Source: Spirochaetaceae bacterium (GTDB lineage Bacteria > Spirochaetota > Spirochaetia > DSM-27196 > SLST01). From it: a stretch of 38,028 bases of DNA. Of the stretch, positions 7,989 through 15,492 are shown in pieces (position 1 is the stretch's first letter; each line of letters begins with the position of its first letter). Made by a program: the position numbers and the translations under genes. The notes beneath the pieces were generated by a model. It was not told the origin of the DNA and made no database searches. It saw only the letters and a program-made list of their open reading frames with translations. The stretch lies in contig RECL01000108.1 of NCBI GenBank assembly GCA_007694025.1, positions 1 through 38,028 of the forward strand, in the 5' to 3' direction.

Positions 7989-8675
7989 ATGAGTAGAGAC
8001 CCGTCGCCGCAAACCCGTGTTGACCCGGCGCTCCCACGACGACACCTGTTCATGATGCTTGCCGTGATCGCTGCGATCGCGATCCTCGGCCCTCCGCCCG
8101 CCGCGGCCACGGAGCGAACCGCCAACTATCGGTTGACGGGTCTATTGAACCGCACGAACTGGTCGAGCGAGGCATCCCCGGCCTTCTTGATCACAACCGT
8201 CGCGATTGGCGTCGAGTACGGCGTGTCCCCGACTACCGGGCCCGGGTTGCTTGCCGCCGGATCGGTCGTGATCCCGGTCAGCCTGGTCCTGGTCGACGGC
8301 GATGATCGATCGGTGGCCGATTTCTCCGCGAGCGGACTCAGCGCCGGGTTCGCCGGCCGGCTTGGGTTCGGGTACGGCTTTGAACCGATCGACCGATTGC
8401 GCGTCATGCCGGCGCTGTCGTGGGGATTCACCGCGTCGGACTACCGCCACCGGTTCCCCGGCGGCTCGACGTCGTACACCGAGCTCACGCACGGCCCGGG
8501 AATCGAGGCAGAAGCGGGCTTCCGAGTGACACCCGATATCTGGATCGAGGCGACGTACGCGCTGCGATGGGAGCGGTTCCAGGTGGCCGGTCGGTCGACC
8601 GCGCCCGACGACGCGTACGAGGGCGGCTGGCTCCACGCGTGGTCGGTCGGCGTGCGCGGGCCGCGCTTCTGGTGA
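7989..8675 (+). CDS. Hypothetical secreted protein, probable small outer-membrane beta-barrel (about 228 aa)
   Basis: Signal-like RRHLFMMLAVIAAIAILGPPPAAA. Alternating hydrophobic/aromatic strands (GFGYGF, EATYALRWE, WSVGVRG). C-terminal ...PRFW has an aromatic terminus typical of OMPs. The start is ATG 7989 or ATG 8052. I recognise no family. Confidence 0.55.
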   Translation: MSRDPSPQTRVDPALPRRHLFMMLAVIAAIAILGPPPAAATERTANYRLTGLLNRTNWSSEASPAFLITTVAIGVEYGVSPTTGPGLLAAGSVVIPVSLVLVDGDDRSVADFSASGLSAGFAGRLGFGYGFEPIDRLRVMPALSWGFTASDYRHRFPGGSTSYTELTHGPGIEAEAGFRVTPDIWIEATYALRWERFQVAGRSTAPDDAYEGGWLHAWSVGVRGPRFW

Positions 8676-8713
8676 CGCACGTCCGCACAGTGGTTTGAGC
8701 GGTCCCGCCTTTG

Positions 8714-8742
8714 TTGGCCCTCGGCCGCGATTGTGGCATAAT
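8714..8742 (+). promoter_or_regulatory. Putative promoter of gltA with an extended -10
   Basis: TTGGCC (8714..8719) - 17 nt - CATAAT (8737..8742) with TG at 8734..8735. It is followed by GAGG and ATG 8758. Confidence 0.35.
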
Positions 8743-8748
8743 CGCGGC
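8724..8748. promoter_or_regulatory. Perfect 9-bp inverted repeat straddling the gltA -10 box (operator-like)
   Basis: GCCGCGATT(8724..8732)-N7-AATCGCGGC(8740..8748). The loop and right arm contain CATAAT. There is no U-tract, so it is not an intrinsic terminator. Confidence 0.4.
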
Positions 8749-8757
8749 TGAGGCACT

Positions 8758-10176
8758 ATGGAAGAACGATCTCAATCGCAATCGGTCTCTGATGACGACG
8801 TCACCCGCATCATAATCGACGCAAAGGAGCAGGCGTACCGTGAGACAGGGCACGAGCCGGAACCCGAGCTCACGAAGGCGGTTGACTGGCCGATCACCTG
8901 CACCGTCGGCCCAGGTCTGGAAGGAGCGATCGCGTGCGAGACAAAGATCGGATACGTCAACGGCTCGAAGGGCTGGCTGATCTACCGCGGCTACGACGTC
9001 TTCGACCTGTGCGCTCACTCGTCGTTCGAAGAAACGTCGTACCTGCTGCTCCACGGCCACCTACCGGCCGCGGACGAGCTCTCACGCTTCCGCCGAATCC
9101 TGCTGCACCGGTTGTTCATCCCGGAAGCGCAACGACTCCTGCTGAGCTTTCCGGTGGAGACGCTCAACCCGATGTCCGCGCTGCGACTGGGAACGAACCT
9201 GATGCGCCAGAAGCAGACGTACCGCGACCGGGACGAAGATGACGATCGGGCCGACGCGCTCGCGACCGATGAAGACTCGATCGCGATGGAGACACCGCCG
9301 GCCGGAACGCGCCGTCCAGTCTACGAGTTCTTCGCATCGCTCTTTGGCAAGGCCGCGGCCGAAACACCGACCGAGCTGCTCCACTCCGACGAGCTTGAAA
9401 GCTGCTACAACCTGATCGCGGGGGTGAACACCATCGCGGCCACGATCGGACGAGCCCGGCAGCGTCGACTGCCGATCGAGCCGCTCGACGATCTCGGGCT
9501 TGCGGGGAACTACCTCTACATGCTGACGGGCAAACGCCCCACGGCGCTCGAAGCGCGGATCATGGACGTCTGTCTCATCCTGCACGCCGATCACGGGATG
9601 AACGCGAGCACCTTCGCGGCGATGGTGGTCGCATCGACGCTGTCGGACATCTACCTGGCGATCGGCGCGGGGATCTCCGCACTGAGCGGTCCGCTCCACG
9701 GCGGGGCAAACGTCGAAGTCGTCAAGATGCTGTCCGAGATCGGGTCCCCGGGCAAGGCCGCGTCGTGGTTCAAGTCGGCGCAAAAAGAGAAGCGGAAGAT
9801 CATGGGATTCGGCCACCGCGTCTACAAGGCGTACGACCCGCGCGCACGGGTCCTTGGTCCGCTCGCGGAGCTCCTTTCGAAGGGCGACCCCGACACTGAG
9901 AACACGTTCGCGACGGCGCGCGCGCTCGAGCACGAGGTTCTGTCGACGCTCGGTGAGGAGAAGAAGGTGTTCCCGAACGTCGACTTCTATTCGGGGATCG
10001 TCTACCAGAGCCTGGGTATTCCGAAGGACCTTTACACGACGGTCTTCGCGGTGTCGCGTGTGTCCGGCTGGTGCGCGCGTGTGATCGAGTACCTGGAGAA
10101 CAACCGGATCTTCCGCCCGCGTGCGCTCTACACCGGGACCTTCGACGAGCAATACGTGCCGATTTCGGAGCGCTGA
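8758..10176 (+). CDS. gltA: Citrate synthase (472 aa)
   Basis: LHADHGMNASTF, GPLHGGAN and GFGHRVYKAYDPRA are the canonical citrate synthase motifs. It contains an acidic insertion (RDRDEDDDRADALATDEDS). Confidence 0.95.
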   Translation: MEERSQSQSVSDDDVTRIIIDAKEQAYRETGHEPEPELTKAVDWPITCTVGPGLEGAIACETKIGYVNGSKGWLIYRGYDVFDLCAHSSFEETSYLLLHGHLPAADELSRFRRILLHRLFIPEAQRLLLSFPVETLNPMSALRLGTNLMRQKQTYRDRDEDDDRADALATDEDSIAMETPPAGTRRPVYEFFASLFGKAAAETPTELLHSDELESCYNLIAGVNTIAATIGRARQRRLPIEPLDDLGLAGNYLYMLTGKRPTALEARIMDVCLILHADHGMNASTFAAMVVASTLSDIYLAIGAGISALSGPLHGGANVEVVKMLSEIGSPGKAASWFKSAQKEKRKIMGFGHRVYKAYDPRARVLGPLAELLSKGDPDTENTFATARALEHEVLSTLGEEKKVFPNVDFYSGIVYQSLGIPKDLYTTVFAVSRVSGWCARVIEYLENNRIFRPRALYTGTFDEQYVPISER

Positions 10177-10202
10177 CGGCGCTCATCATCTGATTGGATA
10201 GC

Positions 10203-10238
10203 GACCGGAAAGACGGAACAGACCGGAAAGACGGAACA
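10203..10238 (+). repeat. Perfect 18-nt tandem duplication in the 5' leader of the AIM24-like gene (GGA-rich)
   Basis: GACCGGAAAGACGGAACA occurs at 10203..10220 and 10221..10238, followed by GAGAGGAGAGCAT-ATG(10252). That gives five GGA motifs in about 45 nt, the last one in the SD. Confidence 0.9.
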
Positions 10239-10251
10239 GAGAGGAGAGCAT

Positions 10252-10935
10252 ATGCAGTACGAGGTCAAGGGCACCACGATGCCCGTAGTTGAATGCGTTC
10301 TGGCGGCGGGCGAAACGCTCCAGTGCCAGTCAGGCGCGATGAAGTACATGGACGCCGATGTCGACATGAAGACCGGCGTCCAGGGCGGGCTGGGCGGATT
10401 CGTCAAGCGCAAGATGATGGGCGAAAAGGGTTTTCTGAACTTCTACACCGCAAGCCGCAACGGATCGCGCGTCGCACTCGGCCACACGTATCCGGGCAAG
10501 ATCGTCCCGATCGAAGTCGGCTCGGTCGACTACATCTGCCAACGGCGCGCGTTCCTCGGCGGGGAGGCGACGGTAGACCTTGATATCGCGATCCAGAAGC
10601 GGCTGGGAGCGGGCTTCTTCGGAGGCGAAGGGTTCATCATGCAGCGGCTGACCGGCTCCGGTACCGCATTCCTGGAGATCGACGGAGAGGTGATCGAGAT
10701 GACGCTGATGGGCGGCGAGTCGATCAAGGTCGAGACCGGAGCGCTCGCGTTCATGGAGGCGACGGTGAACCTGGACGTGCAGATGGTCAAGGGCGTCTCC
10801 AACTTCCTGTTCGGCGGCGAAGGCCTGTTTCTGACGACGCTGACCGGGCCCGGCAAAGTGTGGCTCCAGACGATGAGCATCCAGTCGCTCGCCGGGGAGA
10901 TCTACCCGTACCTGCCGATCAAGAAGAGCTCGTAG
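10252..10935 (+). CDS. AIM24 / TIGR00266-family protein (227 aa)
   Basis: MQYEVKG...VECVLAAGETLQCQSGAMKYMD...GFLNFYTA...GGEGFIMQRLTGSGTAFLEIDG..WLQTMS is the typical AIM24/DUF124 pattern. Strong SD. Confidence 0.9.
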   Translation: MQYEVKGTTMPVVECVLAAGETLQCQSGAMKYMDADVDMKTGVQGGLGGFVKRKMMGEKGFLNFYTASRNGSRVALGHTYPGKIVPIEVGSVDYICQRRAFLGGEATVDLDIAIQKRLGAGFFGGEGFIMQRLTGSGTAFLEIDGEVIEMTLMGGESIKVETGALAFMEATVNLDVQMVKGVSNFLFGGEGLFLTTLTGPGKVWLQTMSIQSLAGEIYPYLPIKKSS

Positions 10936-10938
10936 GCG

Positions 10939-12132
10939 ATGAGGATCGGGGTGATCGGCGCGGGAGGCCGAGGGAAGATAGCGGCGCTCTGCCCGCGCGT
11001 CGATGCGACGGTACCGCGCGTCGATGCGGCGGTATCGCTCGTCGCCGCGGCCGACCCGGACCAGACCGCGCTCGACGCGTTTCGCGCGGACCACGGCAGC
11101 GACACGTTCACGACCCGCGACTACCGCGATCTGGTGGACCGGCCCGAAATCGACGCGGTCTTCGTGTGCAGCCCCGATCACCTCCACGAAGAACACGCGA
11201 TAGCGGCGATGGAGGCCGGAAAGGCTGTCTACCTGGAAAAGCCGATCGCGACGACCATCGAAGGCTCCGATCGAGTACTGGCGACCGCTCACGCCACCGG
11301 CAGCAAGCTCTTCCTGGGCCACAATATGCGCTACTTCCCGTCGATCGTCACAATGAGGGACATTATCCGGTCGGGAGAGATCGGCGCCGTGCAGGCGATC
11401 TGGTGCCGCCACTTCGTCGCGATTGGAGGCGACGCGTACTTCAAGGACTGGCACTCCGAGTCGCGCAACACGACGAGTCTGCTGCTTCAGAAAGGCGCGC
11501 ACGACATCGACGTGATCCACTGGCTCGCCGGCGCGTACACCGAACGAGTAGTCGCGCTCGGGAAGCTCTCGGTGTACGACAAGCAGCGACGCCGACCCGC
11601 GGGCATTTCGCATCGCGTGAAGATCGACGCGGCCAACTGGCCGGTCGATGCGTCGGCCGACTACTCGCCGGAGATCGACGTCGAGGATCACAGCATGGTG
11701 CTGATGAACCTGACCAACGGCGTCCAGGCGTCGTATCTCCAGTGCCACTACACTCCCGACTACTGGCGCAACTATACGGTGATCGGAACGCACGGTCGGA
11801 TCGAGAACATCGGTGACTCGGGCGCGTGCGAAATCCACGTCTTCACCACGCGCCGGGATCGGCGAAGCGAACCCGATCGCGTGGTCTCACTGCAGCCTGA
11901 GCAGGGTTCGCACGGGGGGTCGGATCCTCGTATCGTCGAAAGCTTCATCCGGTTCGTGCGCGACGGCGTCGCGCCCAACACATCGCCGCTTGCCGCGCGC
12001 AACGCGGTCGCGGCCGGCTACAGGGCGACCGAATCGCTGCGCGCGGGAGGCGAACCACGAGTCGTCGAACCGGCCGGCCAGGAGCTGATCGACTACTTCG
12101 ACGCGGGGCAGCCCCGCCGCGACCTGAGATAG
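10939..12132 (+). CDS. Gfo/Idh/MocA-family oxidoreductase (397 aa)
   Basis: MRIGVIGAGGRG Rossmann motif, then ...DAVFVCSPDHLHEEHAIAAMEAGKAVYLEKPIA (EKP motif). Confidence 0.9.
   Translation: MRIGVIGAGGRGKIAALCPRVDATVPRVDAAVSLVAAADPDQTALDAFRADHGSDTFTTRDYRDLVDRPEIDAVFVCSPDHLHEEHAIAAMEAGKAVYLEKPIATTIEGSDRVLATAHATGSKLFLGHNMRYFPSIVTMRDIIRSGEIGAVQAIWCRHFVAIGGDAYFKDWHSESRNTTSLLLQKGAHDIDVIHWLAGAYTERVVALGKLSVYDKQRRRPAGISHRVKIDAANWPVDASADYSPEIDVEDHSMVLMNLTNGVQASYLQCHYTPDYWRNYTVIGTHGRIENIGDSGACEIHVFTTRRDRRSEPDRVVSLQPEQGSHGGSDPRIVESFIRFVRDGVAPNTSPLAARNAVAAGYRATESLRAGGEPRVVEPAGQELIDYFDAGQPRRDLR
10993..11034 (+). repeat. In-frame 21-nt tandem duplication inside the oxidoreductase gene
   Basis: CCGCGCGTCGATGCGACGGTA (10993..11013) and CCGCGCGTCGATGCGGCGGTA (11014..11034) differ at one position. 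They encode PRVDATV-PRVDAAV just after the GxGxxG motif. Confidence 0.9.
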
Positions 12133-12692
12133 AGCGCGAGCGCGAAGAAGTCGTACACCGCGTGGGTCGCCGCCGCGGCGACCAGACTGTCGGACACGAC
12201 GAGCACCACGCTCAGCACCACCCCCATCGCAAACGCGAGCACTGCGTACGCCGGGGTTATCGCGTGAGCGAGTCCGAAGACGACGTTCGTCGCGACGATC
12301 GCACCCGCCGGCGACAGATACCGCTCGGCGATCTGCTGCAGCGCGCCGCGAAACAGTATCTCTTCGGCGACTCCGGCTACCACCGAGATAAGGAGTAGCG
12401 CTCCAAGCGAGCGCCCCGCAAACAGCGTCTTCAGTATCGGAGAGAGTTTCGCGTTGATGCGCTGCAACGGCACCCAGCGCACCCGCACAACGACGATGAA
12501 CAGCGCGGCGAGCACCGCGAAGCCTGCCGCCGCCGCGGCGAGCGCGGTCGCATCGGTGCGCCCGAGCCGAATCTCAATCCCGAACGCCCACGCGATGAGC
12601 AATCCGACGACCCCGATACCGCTCTCGAACAGCAGTACGGTCGATAGTGGAACTTCCGGGCCGCTCTTCGGCCCGGGATCCTCAGCTGCCAA
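12093..12692 (-). CDS. CPBP-family (CAAX/Abi-type) intramembrane metalloprotease (about 199 aa)
   Basis: Motifs are AGVAEEILFRGALQ, FGLAHA and HAVYDF. The start is uncertain. There is no ATG or GTG between the LemA stop (12682) and 12602. TTG 12692 overlaps the LemA stop by 11 nt. TTG 12602 and CTG 12635 are alternatives. Confidence 0.75.
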   Translation of the reverse strand: MAAEDPGPKSGPEVPLSTVLLFESGIGVVGLLIAWAFGIEIRLGRTDATALAAAAAGFAVLAALFIVVVRVRWVPLQRINAKLSPILKTLFAGRSLGALLLISVVAGVAEEILFRGALQQIAERYLSPAGAIVATNVVFGLAHAITPAYAVLAFAMGVVLSVVLVVSDSLVAAAATHAVYDFFALALYLRSRRGCPASK

Positions 12693-13263
12693 ACTGGACG
12701 CGCGGGACCTCACGAGCCGATTCGGGGATCTCGAAGTACTCCCGCGGCCCGAAGCCGAGCCTGTTCGCGACGATACTCGACGGGAAGAGCCTGATCCGGG
12801 TGTTGAACTGCTGCACCGTGTTGTTGTAGCGCTGCCTGGCGACCGCGATGCGATTCTCGGTTCCGGCAAGCTCGTCTTGGAGCCGGATGAAGTTCTGATT
12901 CGACGCGAGCTGCGGGTAGTTCTCCACGATCACCAGGAGTCGCGACAGCGCGCCCTGCAGTTCGGTATAGCCTTCGGCGGTCTCGGACACCGTCTGAGCG
13001 CCGGCAAGCCGCGCTCTCGCGTCGGCGATCTGGCCGAATACCGCCTGCTCCTGACCCGCGAATCCCTGCACGGTCGCGACCAGGTTCGGGATCAGATCGC
13101 TTCGCCGCTGGAGCTGGTTATCGACCTCGCTCCACGTTGCGCTCACCTGCTCTTCGAGCGTGACCAGACGATTCTGCTGTCCGACAAACCAGAACACGCC
13201 GATCACGACGACGATCGCGATGATCGCAACCGGTGCTATCCACTTGCTTCGACTCGCTGCCAT
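12682..13263 (-). CDS. lemA: LemA-family protein (193 aa)
   Basis: N-terminal TM, then QQNRLVTLEEQV..WSEVDNQLQRRSDLIPNLV...NYPQLASNQNF..LQDELAGTENRIAVARQRYN is the canonical LemA pattern. AAGGAGG lies upstream of ATG 13263. Confidence 0.95.
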   Translation of the reverse strand: MAASRSKWIAPVAIIAIVVVIGVFWFVGQQNRLVTLEEQVSATWSEVDNQLQRRSDLIPNLVATVQGFAGQEQAVFGQIADARARLAGAQTVSETAEGYTELQGALSRLLVIVENYPQLASNQNFIRLQDELAGTENRIAVARQRYNNTVQQFNTRIRLFPSSIVANRLGFGPREYFEIPESAREVPRVQFGS

Positions 13264-13313
13264 CGAGTCCTCCTTTACTGCGCTGTGTTGTTTCCGGAGC
13301 GCCGCGCGGGCGG

Positions 13314-14096
13314 CTAGAAGCCGCGGGACGCGCCTCCACCACCGAATCCGCCGCCGCCGAATCCGCGGAACCCTGACGATCCGCCTCCGAACGATCCTCC
13401 CCTGCCGACGGTAGATCCGAAACCCCCGCCGAAGAACCCGCGACGACGACGCGCGAACAGAAGCGGCCAGAAGAACCAGCGCCCGCCGAAGATCAGGAAC
13501 AGGAAGAGCACGTACACCAGATCACCGGCATCGCGCCCGCCCGACGCGGCCGGTCGGGCCTGCGGTCGATCGACCCCGGCCAACGCGACACCGTACTCAT
13601 CGGCGATTAACTGCGCGACCGCGGCAACCCCGCGTGCCAGACCGGCTCCGAAATTGTTCTGCCGCAGATCAGGAACGACGTACTGATCAAGAAGCGCGCC
13701 AGCGCGGCCATCCGGAATCGCGCCTTCCAGACCGTACCCGACCTCAAGCCGCAGCTGCCGTTCATTTACAGCGACGACGAAGAGCACCCCGGCGTCATCG
13801 CGGGAACCGACGCCCCACGCGTCCGCTACCGCGATCGCGTACTGTTCGATCGAACCGTACGGCGCCATCGACCGCACCGTGAGCACCGCAATCTCTGCGC
13901 CGGTCTGCTGTTGCACCGCGGTCGCGATGCGCTCGATCGTCTGACGATCTGCGGCCGATATCACGTTCGCGTCGTCGGTGACGTAGCCTCGCGGACGCGG
14001 AAGCGTCTGAGCGGAAACAGGTACCGCCGCGAAAACCACCAACGCAGCGGCTACGATCCACAGCGTGCCGCCCGCTACCCGGCGCGCGATCCGCAT
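13314..14096 (-). CDS. TPM-domain protein (YgcG-like) with C-terminal TM and Gly-rich tail (about 260 aa)
   Basis: Signal peptide, then GYVTDDANVIS...IAVLTV......GVLFVVAVNERQLRLEVGYGLEG..PD. The tail is GGFGSTVGRGGSFGGG...GGGASRGF. ATG 14096 overlaps the upstream TGA (TGATG). GTG 14099 is an alternative start. Confidence 0.9.
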   Translation of the reverse strand: MRIARRVAGGTLWIVAAALVVFAAVPVSAQTLPRPRGYVTDDANVISAADRQTIERIATAVQQQTGAEIAVLTVRSMAPYGSIEQYAIAVADAWGVGSRDDAGVLFVVAVNERQLRLEVGYGLEGAIPDGRAGALLDQYVVPDLRQNNFGAGLARGVAAVAQLIADEYGVALAGVDRPQARPAASGGRDAGDLVYVLFLFLIFGGRWFFWPLLFARRRRGFFGGGFGSTVGRGGSFGGGSSGFRGFGGGGFGGGGASRGF

Positions 14097-14866
14097 CACG
14101 CCGTGCCTCGCTGATACCGGTCGACGACGCGAACCAGCTCGCTGAGCCGGTCGAGCAGCCCCGCGATCATCTCACGGCTGTCGGGGCACGCACCGTTGCG
14201 GCACCGTGCGAGCGTCAGAAGCGGGCCGGGCTCGAAGCCCACCGCTCTGTTGACCGCATCGACGAGCGCCGCAGGATCATTCGGGATCGGTGAACTCGTC
14301 GGATCGGCGGATGGCGCGTAGCCATAGAGTCGCAGCACGCCGCGCAACACCGCCCAGAGCGTGCCTTGCCACTGCGCAAGTTCGCGCCTGAGCGCTCGCT
14401 CAACGAAGGGCCTGCGTCTACCGGCTGCAACGGCAAGTTGACGGAGCGACACGAGCGAACCGCGAAGCTGGTGTTCGACCTCGTGTCGAAGGTGAACCGC
14501 CGACAGCGACAGGTCGGAGGTTACGTCTTCGCCGTACAGCACGCGATGGACGTCGACCAGATCGGAGTACTCCATCGGGAAGACGTCGGACGAACTGCGA
14601 AACTCGTCTCGCGTGAGCACAAGCGGTGTGATCGTGAAACGCCGCATCAGGCGGTGCCCGTCGCGTCCGAATGCGTCAAACTGATCCCCGATCGCTTCCC
14701 GAATGATGAACAGGACGTTGACGTCCGACGCGCCGGGCCGGAACGTATCGCGGAGATAACTCCCGTACGCGATCACCGACACCAGGTTGTCGGCGAAGAC
14801 GTTCTGTGCGAGCGCGACAAGGTCTACTTCGACGGCTTTGTCGATCGATTCTCTGGAACGAGCCAT
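14096..14866 (-). CDS. Nucleotidyltransferase-domain protein with a helical C-terminal domain (256 aa)
   Basis: The Pol-beta-type NTase motif is AYGSYLRDTFRPGASDVNVLFI, i.e. G-S-x11-D-x-N. The C-terminal half is predicted helical and contains RHEVEH (Rx4H). GGAGG lies 6-7 nt upstream of ATG 14866. The longer ORF-track start at 14980 would overlap slyD. Confidence 0.8.
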   Translation of the reverse strand: MARSRESIDKAVEVDLVALAQNVFADNLVSVIAYGSYLRDTFRPGASDVNVLFIIREAIGDQFDAFGRDGHRLMRRFTITPLVLTRDEFRSSSDVFPMEYSDLVDVHRVLYGEDVTSDLSLSAVHLRHEVEHQLRGSLVSLRQLAVAAGRRRPFVERALRRELAQWQGTLWAVLRGVLRLYGYAPSADPTSSPIPNDPAALVDAVNRAVGFEPGPLLTLARCRNGACPDSREMIAGLLDRLSELVRVVDRYQRGTA

Positions 14867-14989
14867 AGGGGCCTCCGGAGCCAAGAATACCGACTCCAGC
14901 GGCCATCGGGTAGTGGTCGACGCGAAGGCGCGCCCGCGGCATTGGTCGATCGCACCCAATGGTGGTAGGTTTTGGGGCAAGGAGACAGT

Positions 14990-15469
14990 ATGACCGTAAC
15001 GAAGGACCGTGTAGTCACGATCGCGTACACGCTTAAGGGCGATGACGGCTCGGTGATCGACTCATCGAGCGACCATGGCGATCTTGAGTATCTGCACGGG
15101 CATCGCAACATTGTCGAAGGGCTCGAGTCTGCGCTCGACGGGAAGTCGGTGGGTGAGACCGTGACGACGTCGGTCGAACCCGAGCAGGGATATGGGACCC
15201 GCAACGACGAACTTGTCTTCTCGGTTCCACGATCGAACATGCCCGAAGGAGACTTGTCGCCAGGCATGCAGTTCGCCGCGCAGGATGCCAACGGCAACCA
15301 GCAGGTAGTCACCCTGGTCGGAATCCAGGACGACACCGTCACACTCGACGCGAACCATCCGCTCGCCGGCGCGACGCTTCACTTTGACGCCACGGTTCAG
15401 GATGTCCGGGATGCAACCGGAGAAGAACTCGAGCACGGGCACGTCCACGGCCCCGGGCACGAGCACTGA
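14990..15469 (+). CDS. slyD: FKBP-type peptidyl-prolyl isomerase SlyD with a His-rich tail (159 aa)
   Basis: VVTIAYTLKGDDGSVIDSS....LEYLHGHRNIVEGLESAL.GKSVGE...V.PEQGYG, an IF-domain insert, DANHPLAG..L.F...V and the tail EELEHGHVHGPGHEH. AAGGAG lies upstream of ATG 14990. Confidence 0.9.
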   Translation: MTVTKDRVVTIAYTLKGDDGSVIDSSSDHGDLEYLHGHRNIVEGLESALDGKSVGETVTTSVEPEQGYGTRNDELVFSVPRSNMPEGDLSPGMQFAAQDANGNQQVVTLVGIQDDTVTLDANHPLAGATLHFDATVQDVRDATGEELEHGHVHGPGHEH

Positions 15470-15492
15470 CGCGGCGACAGACCGAGTCAACC

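Noticed and set aside
7735-8037. 100-aa minus-strand ORF in the htrA/OMP intergenic region
   Set aside because: It overlaps the htrA start and the OMP start. It has no SD, no motifs and an atypical composition, so it is probably non-coding.
8724-8748. Hairpin after the OMP gene read as a Rho-independent terminator
   Set aside because: No U-tract follows it. It encloses a good -10 hexamer for gltA, so I reinterpreted it as an operator or leader element.
10203-10238. Tandem repeats (also 10993..11034 and 17585..17659) as a possible CRISPR array
   Set aside because: The units are directly adjacent with no spacers, are only 15-21 nt long and occur in 2-5 copies. Two of the three sets lie in-frame inside genes. 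No cas genes are present.
10330-11838. 502-aa minus-strand ORF
   Set aside because: It is antisense to the AIM24-like and Gfo/Idh/MocA genes, both with strong family motifs on the plus strand. It has no motifs of its own.
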